DNA of 32,000 bases from contig CABYDT010000001.1 of assembly GCA_902517865.1 (NCBI GenBank), forward strand, positions 91,862 through 123,861, given 5' to 3'. The DNA comes from an uncultured Pelagibacteraceae bacterium. GTDB lineage: Bacteria > Pseudomonadota > Alphaproteobacteria > Pelagibacterales > Pelagibacteraceae. Below the pieces are notes generated by a model. It had not been told where the DNA came from. It saw only the letters and a program-made list of their open reading frames with translations, and did not search any database. Below, one piece after another: positions 7,940-17,007 of this stretch. Both the position numbers and the translations under genes were made by a program. The stretch's first letter is position 1, and the number at the start of each line of letters is the position of its first letter.

Positions 7940-9564
7940 TTTTTTGATATGACTAAATAATTTAAATTATTCTTATTTACAACTAACTTTTCTGGATTGT
8001 ATGTACAAATAAAAGGTGTATTCCAACATAGTCTGCCTTGCCAACCTTGTCCCTTGTTAATTGGCCTATTTAACTTAATATTTTTGAATTGAGTATTTGT
8101 ACTAAGATAATTTGCTTTGACAAATTGAGGATAGGGATTTGAAAAATCGTCAATTCTTACTAAATTCTTTGTAGAGCTAAAAACAATACTAATCAGAATT
8201 AATTGGTATAATAAACTGGCTTTTATCTTTTTATGATTAATTTCAAAAAAAGTAGCGAATAAAATAAAGACAATCAAAAATAACGTTGCAAAACCAAATC
8301 TTAGTAATGGAGAATACTGCAGGATGATTAATGAAATTCCTAAGTATATAGTAAGTATATAAATTATTTTAATATTAGTTTTTGACGACCTTATTTTAAA
8401 TTGTTTTAATAAAATCAAAATTAAGGGCACTATCATTATAGCAATAATATGTTCGTAAAATTTAGTTTGATTTGCAATAAACCAATTTGAAACCCAATTA
8501 AATTTTGAAATGTATTCTTCCGGTGAAAATAAATCCCTGTTCGCTAAGGTCCAGTAGCTTTTATTAGTGATTTCAAGTTTTTGTGCTATGAGCAAAATAT
8601 CCTTGCTAAACCAGCTCACGTTAAAACAACTATACTCTGAAGGAAATAAAAAGCAGCCAGTGTAAAAAAATTGCTGTATTGCCCAAATTGTGAAAAACAA
8701 TATTGGTAAAGCGAGAAACTTACAGGCAGAAAATATATGATTCTTTTTTAAATATAGTTTTGTAATGATGATTACTATAATAAAAATAGACAAATTACTT
8801 AATTTAATAGTGACCAAAAAAAATGGTAAACATAGAAATAAATAAAGATGATTTATGTCTAATTTATTTTTCTCAATGGTTAAAATACTTAATAATAATA
8901 ATAAAGAGATAATTAAGAAAGATGGTACATCTACACCAAAACTTGAAAATCTATTAAATTTTATAATTAAATAAAACAAAATAAAAATACAAATTAAATT
9001 AGATATTCTTAAATTTTTTTTAGTTAAATTTTTTTGAATAAATTCTAAAAAGTAAAATAATATAAAAAAAAATAACATAATCGAAGGTAAAGAGATAATT
9101 TTATAATTAGTATTAGGTAAGTTAAAGATAGACATTAAATTTAGCCACATGGAGTTCCAAACATAGGGTTCAGCAAGATTTCCTGTACCTAAAATAATTT
9201 TTGATTCATTAAAATTGATTACATAGGGTAAATGGTAATAGCCAAAATCTTCATGAGGTTTGTGGGAAAAAAATAATAATAATACAAACAGAAAAATTAG
9301 ATAAAATTCTTTTTTTTTGAATATAGAAAAATCTTTAAAAAAAAGGAAAATTATAAAACCTAAAAGAAATACTACTAAATTAATTATTTCAGATAATCCG
9401 AAGAAAAAATGAAAAAAAGTTGCAAACACTGAGAGGTAGAATAAACCTAAAATCCCGTATAAACTTTCTTCTAAATTAATTTTTTTATCTAAAAGTGAGG
9501 TTAATTTTCCAAAGCCAATAACAGAGATAATTAAAAAAAAAGAGTATGATAAATATAGGATCAT
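7936..9564 (-). CDS. Large polytopic membrane protein (more than 10 predicted TM helices) with a C-terminal extracytoplasmic Cys-containing domain; candidate polymerase or GT-C-type glycosyltransferase
   Basis: 542 aa and extremely rich in F/I/L. It has a loop with HKPHEDFGYYHLPYV and a tail with GWQGRLCWNTPFICTY. No family signature can be assigned by eye. Its position between the epimerases and the WecA-like gene suggests a glycan-assembly role. Confidence 0.35.
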   Translation of the reverse strand: MILYLSYSFFLIISVIGFGKLTSLLDKKINLEESLYGILGLFYLSVFATFFHFFFGLSEIINLVVFLLGFIIFLFFKDFSIFKKKEFYLIFLFVLLLFFSHKPHEDFGYYHLPYVINFNESKIILGTGNLAEPYVWNSMWLNLMSIFNLPNTNYKIISLPSIMLFFFILFYFLEFIQKNLTKKNLRISNLICIFILFYLIIKFNRFSSFGVDVPSFLIISLLLLLSILTIEKNKLDINHLYLFLCLPFFLVTIKLSNLSIFIIVIIITKLYLKKNHIFSACKFLALPILFFTIWAIQQFFYTGCFLFPSEYSCFNVSWFSKDILLIAQKLEITNKSYWTLANRDLFSPEEYISKFNWVSNWFIANQTKFYEHIIAIMIVPLILILLKQFKIRSSKTNIKIIYILTIYLGISLIILQYSPLLRFGFATLFLIVFILFATFFEINHKKIKASLLYQLILISIVFSSTKNLVRIDDFSNPYPQFVKANYLSTNTQFKNIKLNRPINKGQGWQGRLCWNTPFICTYNPEKLVVNKNNLNYLVISKK

Positions 9565-10418
9565 TAAAATCTTCTTAAAACTCTTTTATTTTTTGATTTT
9601 ATGCTAACCTTAGATTTTATATATTTTTTAACATTTACAAATTTAAAATTCTTTAAAATTTTAATCAATTTTGTATTGTTCGCTACCGAATTTTCTCTTT
9701 CATCAATATTATTTAAATTGGTGATTTGATTATTTTTAAAATCAAGGAGTTTTATTAAATCCTTAATATAGTAACCGTTACCTGTACCTATATCAAAATA
9801 ATTAGGCTTTATGTTATTTTTTAAAAAGAATTTGTAAATTTTTGCTACATCGCTAACATGGATAAAATCCCTAATCGAATTACCACCATTAATAAGTTTT
9901 ACTTTCTTATTTCTTTTCTTATGTTGAATTAATTTTTCTACAAATGAAAACTTACAATTCGGGTCACCAAATGTATTAAAAACTCTCATAATATAACATT
10001 TGATATTATTTTTTCTGGAGAAATTACTAACAAGTGCCTCTGCTGCAATTTTAAATGCTCCCTGCAAATACCTATTGAATGTATCGCCATCAAAATTATT
10101 TATATTTTGGGGGATAATAAATACAGAAGAGCTGCTTGTGTATATAATTTTATTAATATTTTTTGGTTTTAAATTTGCAAAAATATCTATTATGACTTTA
10201 AGAGATAATTTATTAAAATTTGCATAATCTTTGTTACCTATTGTATTTATTTTATAGGCTGGATAAAAATTATTGATTATTAAATTGATTTTTTTATTTT
10301 TATATACTTTTAATTTACCAGTTAAATTGGAAGAATTTGCTGACAATATAACCGTTTCTTTTAACTCCGTATTTAAAGACCTAGTTAATGAGCTATTTTT
10401 TCCAATGATTATATTCAT
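9564..10418 (-). CDS. SDR/epimerase-like protein with degenerate cofactor and catalytic motifs
   Basis: 284 aa. The C-terminal half is epimerase-like (YTSSSSVF, RVFNTFGDP, IRDFIHVSDVAKI). The N-terminus reads IIGKNSSLTRSL instead of GxxGxxG, and the YxxxK position reads YLQGAFK. Confidence 0.5.
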   Translation of the reverse strand: MNIIIGKNSSLTRSLNTELKETVILSANSSNLTGKLKVYKNKKINLIINNFYPAYKINTIGNKDYANFNKLSLKVIIDIFANLKPKNINKIIYTSSSSVFIIPQNINNFDGDTFNRYLQGAFKIAAEALVSNFSRKNNIKCYIMRVFNTFGDPNCKFSFVEKLIQHKKRNKKVKLINGGNSIRDFIHVSDVAKIYKFFLKNNIKPNYFDIGTGNGYYIKDLIKLLDFKNNQITNLNNIDERENSVANNTKLIKILKNFKFVNVKKYIKSKVSIKSKNKRVLRRF

Positions 10419-10419
10419 C

Positions 10420-11412
10420 TTATTTTCTTTGAATTAAGATTATTAAAATACAATAAATTAACAAAAATATAAAAATATTAATTATGTTATTTAGCATTAG
10501 TAAATTTTTAAAAAAAATTGGCAAAGCAAACATAATTATTAATATAAAATTTGTTGTTAAAAGCGAAAACTTATTATTAAGCAAATGATGAATATGATTT
10601 CTATCTCCAACAAAGGCATTTTTACCGTTCAATATTCTTGTTAATGATAGTCTGACTAAATCAAAGCCCGGTAACATTAATAAAATGAAAATATCATCAG
10701 CCCTTACAAAATTTTTGTTAACATTATATTCGTATAACAAACTAAAACTTAATACAGCTGAAAGTAAATAAATTCCCGAGTCACCTAAAAACAACTTGTT
10801 TTTAATATTCAAAATTAACAACATTGATAAAATAATTACATTGAGTAGATAAAATAAATTATGATCAAATGACAAGTATAAGAAAGAGAAAATAGCTATA
10901 AAAAATAAAATAGACTGGCCATTTATCCCATCATAAAAATTTAGTGAATTTACAAGAATAATTATAGAAAACACGGTAAAAAATATAGAAAAATTAAATA
11001 GAAAAATATTATTATCGTAAAAAGATAGAGTTATATTTTTAATAATAAGATTATTGTTTATTAATACTACAACAATAGAAATAAAAGTTAATATTAAAAT
11101 CTTACTAAATGGTTTGGAGTTATATTTGTCATCATATAATCCCACTAAAAAAAACAAAGAAACAAATAGAAAAATACTTAGATATTCTCTAGAAGTAGAA
11201 AAAGTAATAAATGATGTCTCGGTTATTAAATAAACAGCTAAAAAGACAAGGTAATTAAAAATAATAAATATTCCACCTAACAGTGGAACTTTATGCTTGT
11301 GCATTTTAAGTTTTTTATCTGGTGTATCATATAAGGATATAAATTTTTTTATGTTATTAAAAAATAGAAGTAATAATAAATTTGTTAATAAAGTTATTAA
11401 TAAATATGTCAT
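10420..11412 (-). CDS. Polyprenyl-phosphate sugar-1-phosphate transferase (MraY/WecA family), initiating glycosyltransferase
   Basis: Multi-TM protein with GLYDDKY, NFYDGINGQ, FLGDSG and VGDRNHIHH motifs of the glycosyltransferase 4 (MraY/WecA) family. The ORF track starts at 11478. The Met at 11412 (MTYLLITLL) gives an ATGA overlap with the upstream stop and is the likelier start. Confidence 0.85.
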   Translation of the reverse strand: MTYLLITLLTNLLLLLFFNNIKKFISLYDTPDKKLKMHKHKVPLLGGIFIIFNYLVFLAVYLITETSFITFSTSREYLSIFLFVSLFFLVGLYDDKYNSKPFSKILILTFISIVVVLINNNLIIKNITLSFYDNNIFLFNFSIFFTVFSIIILVNSLNFYDGINGQSILFFIAIFSFLYLSFDHNLFYLLNVIILSMLLILNIKNKLFLGDSGIYLLSAVLSFSLLYEYNVNKNFVRADDIFILLMLPGFDLVRLSLTRILNGKNAFVGDRNHIHHLLNNKFSLLTTNFILIIMFALPIFFKNLLMLNNIINIFIFLLIYCILIILIQRK

Positions 11413-12755
11413 TTTTTTAAAAATTTGTTTAAGTACAAGTAAAATCCAAGTGTATAATATATAATAATTGATATCCAAGTATTAAAAAAATTTCCGCTTG
11501 GAACTAATGGAAAAAAATTGATCATAATAGCCAAACTTGCTATTAAAAATGAAATTTGCTCACCATTCATCCTTAATGAATTTATTTTTACAATTTTAAG
11601 AAAATTATAAATTACATATATTGCAGCGATAATATAAAAAATTATACCTATTAAACCTAATTCTGAAAGTATTTGTAAAAATAAATTATGCGGATGTACA
11701 GAGCACATCCCTATATTTGATTCGTGGTTGATATTACCACAATGGACTCTAAAACCCTCAGGGCCTAGACCAAAAACTTTATTTTGTGAGAACAAATGTA
11801 AAGCTAATTTATAATGACCTTCATGGTTTCTGCTAAAAAATTTTATATTACCAAAAAAATTAAATTTATTTTCTGAAAAATCATTTTTTAAATTTTTTTT
11901 GATACTATTATTGTTTTTATCATTATTATCAATGCCGGTAAATTTTTGATCTGTAAACTCATGAAAAGTTTTAATAAAAATTCTATTTGCTGGGTTGTAC
12001 TTTCCAATTTCGAAGTAAGATAGTGAAGTTGCAAATAGTGAAAAAAGAATTAAGGAATTAATTAAAATTTTTCTTAGATATTTAATAAAGATAATAGAGA
12101 GACTTAAAAAAATAATTAAAAGAAAAAAAGCCGATCTCTCACCTGATAGGAATATAATAAGAAAATATACCGAGAAAAAAATTGTAAATAAGAGTGAATG
12201 TTTTTTTAAATCTAATTTATTAATAATAATTGTTATTAAAATTATAGGAAAAAACCTCAAAAGAAAGCTGCCTAAAATCAGATCTTCCCCGAACAAACCT
12301 GTCACCCTACCAAAATTAAGTTTTTGATTAACTTCAAATCCAAAAAAATTATATCCAAATATATACTGGAAAAAAGCATCTAGGAGAATAAACGAAAATA
12401 TTAAAAAATAAAGTCGATGTTTTCTTAAATTTACTTTTTTGTCTTTTAAACTTAAGATAAAAAATATACACGTCGAGAAAAGTACAAATCTAAAATAAAA
12501 TAAAGTAGATAATTGAAAAATAGTTTTGCCGTTTAATATCGCATTTAATCCAATATATAGTGAAAATAAAAATAGAAATATTAATATTTTATTATTGAAA
12601 ATGAGAAACTTGTTAGTCTTTGCTATCAAATAAACGGAAATTAGTATAATTGATAGAGATATAATCTGTGATGCAAATATTCCAAATATCATTACAAATG
12701 GAAAAAATAATATTAAATCATGAGTGAATTTTTCTAAGTGTTTATCTATTTTCAT
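11409..12755 (-). CDS. O-antigen ligase / Wzy_C-family membrane protein (WaaL-, Wzy- or PglL-like)
   Basis: 448 aa and polytopic. LSGERSAFFLLIIF and the periplasmic-loop HPHNLFLQILSELGLIG are characteristic of the O-antigen ligase (Wzy_C) family. Confidence 0.75.
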   Translation of the reverse strand: MKIDKHLEKFTHDLILFFPFVMIFGIFASQIISLSIILISVYLIAKTNKFLIFNNKILIFLFLFSLYIGLNAILNGKTIFQLSTLFYFRFVLFSTCIFFILSLKDKKVNLRKHRLYFLIFSFILLDAFFQYIFGYNFFGFEVNQKLNFGRVTGLFGEDLILGSFLLRFFPIILITIIINKLDLKKHSLLFTIFFSVYFLIIFLSGERSAFFLLIIFLSLSIIFIKYLRKILINSLILFSLFATSLSYFEIGKYNPANRIFIKTFHEFTDQKFTGIDNNDKNNNSIKKNLKNDFSENKFNFFGNIKFFSRNHEGHYKLALHLFSQNKVFGLGPEGFRVHCGNINHESNIGMCSVHPHNLFLQILSELGLIGIIFYIIAAIYVIYNFLKIVKINSLRMNGEQISFLIASLAIMINFFPLVPSGNFFNTWISIIIYYTLGFYLYLNKFLKK

Positions 12756-13552
12756 CGATTTTTCTTTAAAATATTTACTAAAAATGAAGGTATATATCTA
12801 ATCAATCTTAGTTTTAATAATTGTCTTGAAAAAAACTTTTTATTTTTTTTATACTTTTTATTACTAAAATCAGTAGATAAAAACCAATTTAAATACTCAT
12901 CAAAAAACATCTTTCTGTTTAATTCTAAAAAATTACTTTGATGAAATCTTATATTTGCTAACGGTTCCTGAACTGCGAAAGCCTTATATTTTTCAGCAAT
13001 TCTCATTACATACTCATAGTCCCCAATTATATTATAATTATTATTAAATTTTATTTCTTTTTGAAAAATATCTCGCCTTATTATAAAACAGCTTATTTTC
13101 ACAAGGTAGTCTTTAGCTAAAAAATCAAAAATAAAACCACTTTCTAAAAGTTTGTTTGTGAATTTTTCAAATTTATTTTGCTTTTGAAAATAATGATTAC
13201 AATTAGAATATGAAAAATGATATTCAGAACTATTAAAAAAATCACGTCTAGAGCTTAAGAAGTTGGTGTTCCACCAATCGTCGCAATCTAAAAATGCTAA
13301 AAAATCTCCTGTAGCTTTTTCTGCAGCTAAATTTCGTGCCTTATATAAACTAGTATGATCAGAAGCTAAAAAATATCTAATTCTTTCATCATTATATGTT
13401 TTTAATATCATAGAACTATTATCAGTTGATTTATTATCCCAAAATATTAATTCCCAATTTTTATATTCTTGTCCTAAAATACTCTCTATAGTCTGTTTGA
13501 GATATTTTTCTCCATTAAAGCAATTTATGATAATGCTAACTTTTTTTTCCAT
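12752..13552 (-). CDS. Family 2 glycosyltransferase
   Basis: 266 aa. VSIIINCFNGEKYLKQTIESILGQEYKNWELIFWDNKSTDNS and FLDCDDWW are the GT2 motifs. Confidence 0.85.
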   Translation of the reverse strand: MEKKVSIIINCFNGEKYLKQTIESILGQEYKNWELIFWDNKSTDNSSMILKTYNDERIRYFLASDHTSLYKARNLAAEKATGDFLAFLDCDDWWNTNFLSSRRDFFNSSEYHFSYSNCNHYFQKQNKFEKFTNKLLESGFIFDFLAKDYLVKISCFIIRRDIFQKEIKFNNNYNIIGDYEYVMRIAEKYKAFAVQEPLANIRFHQSNFLELNRKMFFDEYLNWFLSTDFSNKKYKKNKKFFSRQLLKLRLIRYIPSFLVNILKKNR

Positions 13553-14459
13553 ATGATAATTTTTGGTAGTAATTTATTGTTTTTTTTAGACCTTTTTCAA
13601 AACTAATTTTAGGACGCCAATTTAACTTGGTTTTAGCTTTATTTATATTTGGATAAAGTTTCATGATTTCGTCTTTTCTCATTTTTATTTTTCCATAATT
13701 AGGTACACCTCTATTAATTATTTTATTTATTTTTTTAATTATAAGCTTAATTTGTTTTGGCTTACCTGTTGCAATATTAAAAATTTCTCCAACTATATTA
13801 GACTTTAAAGATTTCATAATTACATTAACAACATCATCAACATAAATAAAATCTCTATATTGTTTACCTTCAGAACAATCAAATTTTTTATTTTCTAAAC
13901 AACTGTTAATAATAATTGGAATAATCCTATTATTATCTTGCTTAGGGCCATAAGCTAAATAAAGTCTTAAAATAATTCCTGGAAATTTATTTTTTTTATA
14001 GAGCTTTAACAGATAATTTGTTGCTTTAAGCTTTGATCGACCATAGGTTGATGGTACATTTTTATATTTTATATTTTCTGTTTCTTTCTGAGGAGACGAT
14101 TGTTTTCCATTCTCTATACTGCTGCCCATTTGAATAAATTTATCAATATTTTTATTAACAAAAAAATCGCATAAATTTTTACAACCTAGATAATGGCTTT
14201 GGTAAGTCTTTGTTTTATTTTTGTGATTTACGTAACCTCCTAAATTGACCACATAATTATAGTCACTTTTTATGACCTTCTTAATTTTATTTTTTTTTGA
14301 AATATCACAAATTGTGTAATTAACTTTTTTTAATTTTCTAATTAAATTCGGTTTTTTTGAAGATATGCTTGTTACATCCCACTTATAATCTAAACATTTT
14401 TTTGCTAAATGATATCCAATAAATCCTGAGCCACCAACAATTAATATTTTTTTTTTCAA
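13536..14459 (-). CDS. NAD-dependent epimerase/dehydratase/reductase (extended SDR); candidate CDP-hexose tailoring enzyme
   Basis: 307 aa with the KILIVGGSGFIGYHL motif and the catalytic YGRSKLKAT. It has a TTG start at 14457-14459, overlapping the rfbF stop (TTGA). Confidence 0.8.
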   Translation of the reverse strand: MKKKILIVGGSGFIGYHLAKKCLDYKWDVTSISSKKPNLIRKLKKVNYTICDISKKNKIKKVIKSDYNYVVNLGGYVNHKNKTKTYQSHYLGCKNLCDFFVNKNIDKFIQMGSSIENGKQSSPQKETENIKYKNVPSTYGRSKLKATNYLLKLYKKNKFPGIILRLYLAYGPKQDNNRIIPIIINSCLENKKFDCSEGKQYRDFIYVDDVVNVIMKSLKSNIVGEIFNIATGKPKQIKLIIKKINKIINRGVPNYGKIKMRKDEIMKLYPNINKAKTKLNWRPKISFEKGLKKTINYYQKLSYGKKS

Positions 14460-15145
14460 AATAGTTTTCTTTTTTTTAATAATTTATCAAGTATGTCTTT
14501 GTCCCTTTTAGTATCCATGCACTGCCAAAAGCCATGATGTTTAAAAGCAGACATTTGCTTCTTTTTTGCTAAATTTTCAAACGGCTCTCTTTCTAAATAA
14601 GTTTTGTCATTCTTTATTGTCTTTAAAAATTCTGGCTCTATTACGAAAAAACCTCCGTTAATCCATCCTTCATCCAGCTTTGACTTTTCTTTAAAATAAT
14701 TAACTCTTGATCCGGTAATTTTAATTGCCCCGAATCTAGCCGGAGGACGAACTGCTGTTAAAGTAAATAGTTTTTTATTTTTTTTATGAAATTTAAGCAA
14801 TTTATTAAGATTAACATTAGATAATCCATCTCCATAAGTCATCATAAACCTATCTTTTCCTAATATTTTTTTAAGTCTCTTAAGTCTTCCCCCGGTCATA
14901 GTATTTTTTCCAGTTTCAATGAGATTAATATTCCAATCAAAAAATTTTTTTCTAAAGTATTTTTTTATAACGTGGCCCTTGTAACCAAGTGCAATATAAA
15001 AATTTTTGTAACCATATTTAGAGTAATGTTTCATTATATGATAAATTATTGGCTTATTTCCAACTTTGATCATAGGCTTCGGTATAGTTTTTGTATATTC
15101 CGATATACGCGTCCCCATCCCCCCAGCTAAAATTACAACCTTCAT
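14456..15145 (-). CDS. rfbF: Glucose-1-phosphate cytidylyltransferase
   Basis: 229 aa. MKVVILAGGMGTRISEYT..IPKPM, GYKG.VIK.YF, TGGRLKR, TYGDG, RFGA, INGGFFV and HGFWQCMDT.RDK are collinear with Salmonella RfbF as recalled. It is shorter than RfbF through an internal deletion and a shorter tail. Confidence 0.85.
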   Translation of the reverse strand: MKVVILAGGMGTRISEYTKTIPKPMIKVGNKPIIYHIMKHYSKYGYKNFYIALGYKGHVIKKYFRKKFFDWNINLIETGKNTMTGGRLKRLKKILGKDRFMMTYGDGLSNVNLNKLLKFHKKNKKLFTLTAVRPPARFGAIKITGSRVNYFKEKSKLDEGWINGGFFVIEPEFLKTIKNDKTYLEREPFENLAKKKQMSAFKHHGFWQCMDTKRDKDILDKLLKKRKLF

Positions 15146-16254
15146 AATTTTATAAATTCCTTTTTAACTTTTTGTAAATCCTTGGGTCTAGGCAAAATAT
15201 TTTCCGATTTATTGACTTTTATACTCACCTCTAAGAATGCAGAATCTTTACTATTTAAGAAATTTTTTATTGTATATTTCAACTGTTTCTTATCAGAAAT
15301 ATAAAAATATTTTTTATAACCTAAGGATTTAGCAAATAACTTAATGTTGATATTTTCAATATTTGTTGCTTGACCTCCTACAGACTCATGAGAGTAATTA
15401 TTTACTAAAATATACTTTAGATTTTTTTTAGAATAGTTTCTAATTGATACTGCAGATCCTAAATGCATCAAGAAAGATCCATCACCGTCTACACAAATTA
15501 TTTTTTTCTTTGTTTTTAACGAGTATCCAAGACTTACTGAGGAAGTGTGACCCATACCACCAACCATATAAAAGGGTTTTATATCCGATTTAAGTTTATC
15601 TATTTGGCTATAAATTTCTCTTGATAAATAACCTGTAGATGAAATTATTTTATGACTTTTATTAACATTTTCCAGTAAAATTTTAATAAAAGAGGATCTA
15701 GTTAAAAATTTAGGGTTTATAAATTTCTGTTTGCTTTTAATATTTTTTTTATTTTTTAGCGTATTATTTTTAATTAAACATGCAACTATTTGATTCTTAT
15801 TTCTAGAGTAAGAAATAAGACTTTTTAATTTTTTTAAATCATTTTTTTTTTCTATCTCACAATTTTTTATACCACATAGCGATAGTATTTTTTTTGTAAT
15901 TGCGCCTTGCGCTAAGTGTTGTGGCTCATCATTTAATTTAGGGGCACCTCTCCATCCAATGATTAACAACATTGGAATTTTATATACTTTTTTATGAGCA
16001 ATAGATATTAGCGGATTTATTGAATTGCCCAATCCAGAATTCTGCATGTAAACAGCTGGAATTTTATTGGTTGATAAATAATATCCAATAGCTGTACCAA
16101 CTGCCGAACCTTCGTTTGTTAATATTAAATTTTTAATATTTTTTTTAGTGTCGATTAGATTAGTAAAATTTTTTAACACAGAGTCAGGTACACCTGCAAA
16201 AAAATTTATTTTATTTTTCTTTAATACTAATAACAGCTCTTCCGCAAAAATCAT
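15142..16254 (-). CDS. ppd: Phosphonopyruvate decarboxylase (TPP-dependent)
   Basis: 370 aa. The N-terminal pyrimidine-binding domain has FFAGVPDS.LK and NEG.AVG.A.GYYL. IIGWRG.P...DEPQH..QG is the Ppd/sulfopyruvate-decarboxylase signature. The C-terminal TPP motif is DGDGSFLMH...VNN. It sits next to PEP mutase genes. Confidence 0.85.
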   Translation of the reverse strand: MIFAEELLLVLKKNKINFFAGVPDSVLKNFTNLIDTKKNIKNLILTNEGSAVGTAIGYYLSTNKIPAVYMQNSGLGNSINPLISIAHKKVYKIPMLLIIGWRGAPKLNDEPQHLAQGAITKKILSLCGIKNCEIEKKNDLKKLKSLISYSRNKNQIVACLIKNNTLKNKKNIKSKQKFINPKFLTRSSFIKILLENVNKSHKIISSTGYLSREIYSQIDKLKSDIKPFYMVGGMGHTSSVSLGYSLKTKKKIICVDGDGSFLMHLGSAVSIRNYSKKNLKYILVNNYSHESVGGQATNIENINIKLFAKSLGYKKYFYISDKKQLKYTIKNFLNSKDSAFLEVSIKVNKSENILPRPKDLQKVKKEFIKL

Positions 16255-16934
16255 TTTGTAAAAATAGTTTTATGTTTATTTTTTTCCCAATAATACTTTC
16301 TATCGGTTATACGCCAGTGTCGTCCATATTGATTGTCTAAAAATTCTTTATAATAGACAGGAATTTTAATCCGCATGCCAAAATAATTAATATCCTTTAA
16401 ATATTTAAAATACTTTAATTTTGTTTTAAAACCTGCATCAACATAAAATATATTAATTTTTTCTAATTTTAATTTTAATGCTTTGAAAAATTCGCTAGTA
16501 AAACTAAAAAATTTTATTATAGAACTATATCTGCCTTTATAGTTTTTGCCTTCAGCTAATGCATAAATTAATCTACAAAAAATATTTCTCATAGCATAGT
16601 GTCTAATAAAACAATACCTGCCAGTTTTGTCTATTTCATGAAAATTTATGTCTATTTTTCGATTGTTACCCTTTTCAAAGGATAAAAGGTAATTCTTGCC
16701 AAAAGACTTGGTTTTTAATTTAAATCCTTTGCTTATAAATGCTGAAACGATCTTATCTTTATTTTTGATTTGCCAGTAACCTATATCAATATCATTATCC
16801 CAAGGAATTAAAGATTTATCTCTCACAATGCCTAATAATGTTCCATAGCATATCCAATAATTTAATTTTAAATGACTCAAGATTTGAATACATTCTCTAA
16901 AATTTGGGTCATTAATTAAAAAATTTTTTTTCAA
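16251..16934 (-). CDS. LicD-family phosphotransferase (phospho-alcohol or phosphonate transfer to glycan)
   Basis: 227 aa. YWICYGTLLGIVRDKSLIPWDNDIDIGY is the LicD nucleotidyltransferase-fold signature. An ATGA overlap couples it translationally to ppd. Confidence 0.8.
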   Translation of the reverse strand: MKKNFLINDPNFRECIQILSHLKLNYWICYGTLLGIVRDKSLIPWDNDIDIGYWQIKNKDKIVSAFISKGFKLKTKSFGKNYLLSFEKGNNRKIDINFHEIDKTGRYCFIRHYAMRNIFCRLIYALAEGKNYKGRYSSIIKFFSFTSEFFKALKLKLEKINIFYVDAGFKTKLKYFKYLKDINYFGMRIKIPVYYKEFLDNQYGRHWRITDRKYYWEKNKHKTIFTK

Positions 16935-17007
16935 AACTATATATATATTAATTTGAATTTATTTGATAATTATATAATAGACTAAACATATAATTAAAAG
17001 ATCGAAA

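Noticed and set aside
8891-8904. An (AAT)n trinucleotide run.
   Set aside because: It is in frame within a membrane protein, where it encodes a Leu run (LLLLL) of a TM helix. It is not a tandem-repeat locus.
11413-11478. A 22-codon N-terminal extension of the WecA-like ORF (MDINYYILYTWILLVLKQIFKK).
   Set aside because: It lies entirely inside the 3' end of the upstream ligase-like gene. The Met at 11412 gives the ATGA overlap pattern used throughout this operon.
16935-17007. Sigma70-like -35/-10 hexamers (TTGAAT, TTGATA, TATAAT) and (TA)6 in the licD/pepM divergent intergenic region. Similar AT-rich spacers occur at 19909-19927, 21008-21077 and 23113-23168.
   Set aside because: At this AT content such hexamers occur everywhere. 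The spacings I could find (4-14 nt) are not canonical. The region very likely holds divergent promoters, but specific sites cannot be supported by eye.
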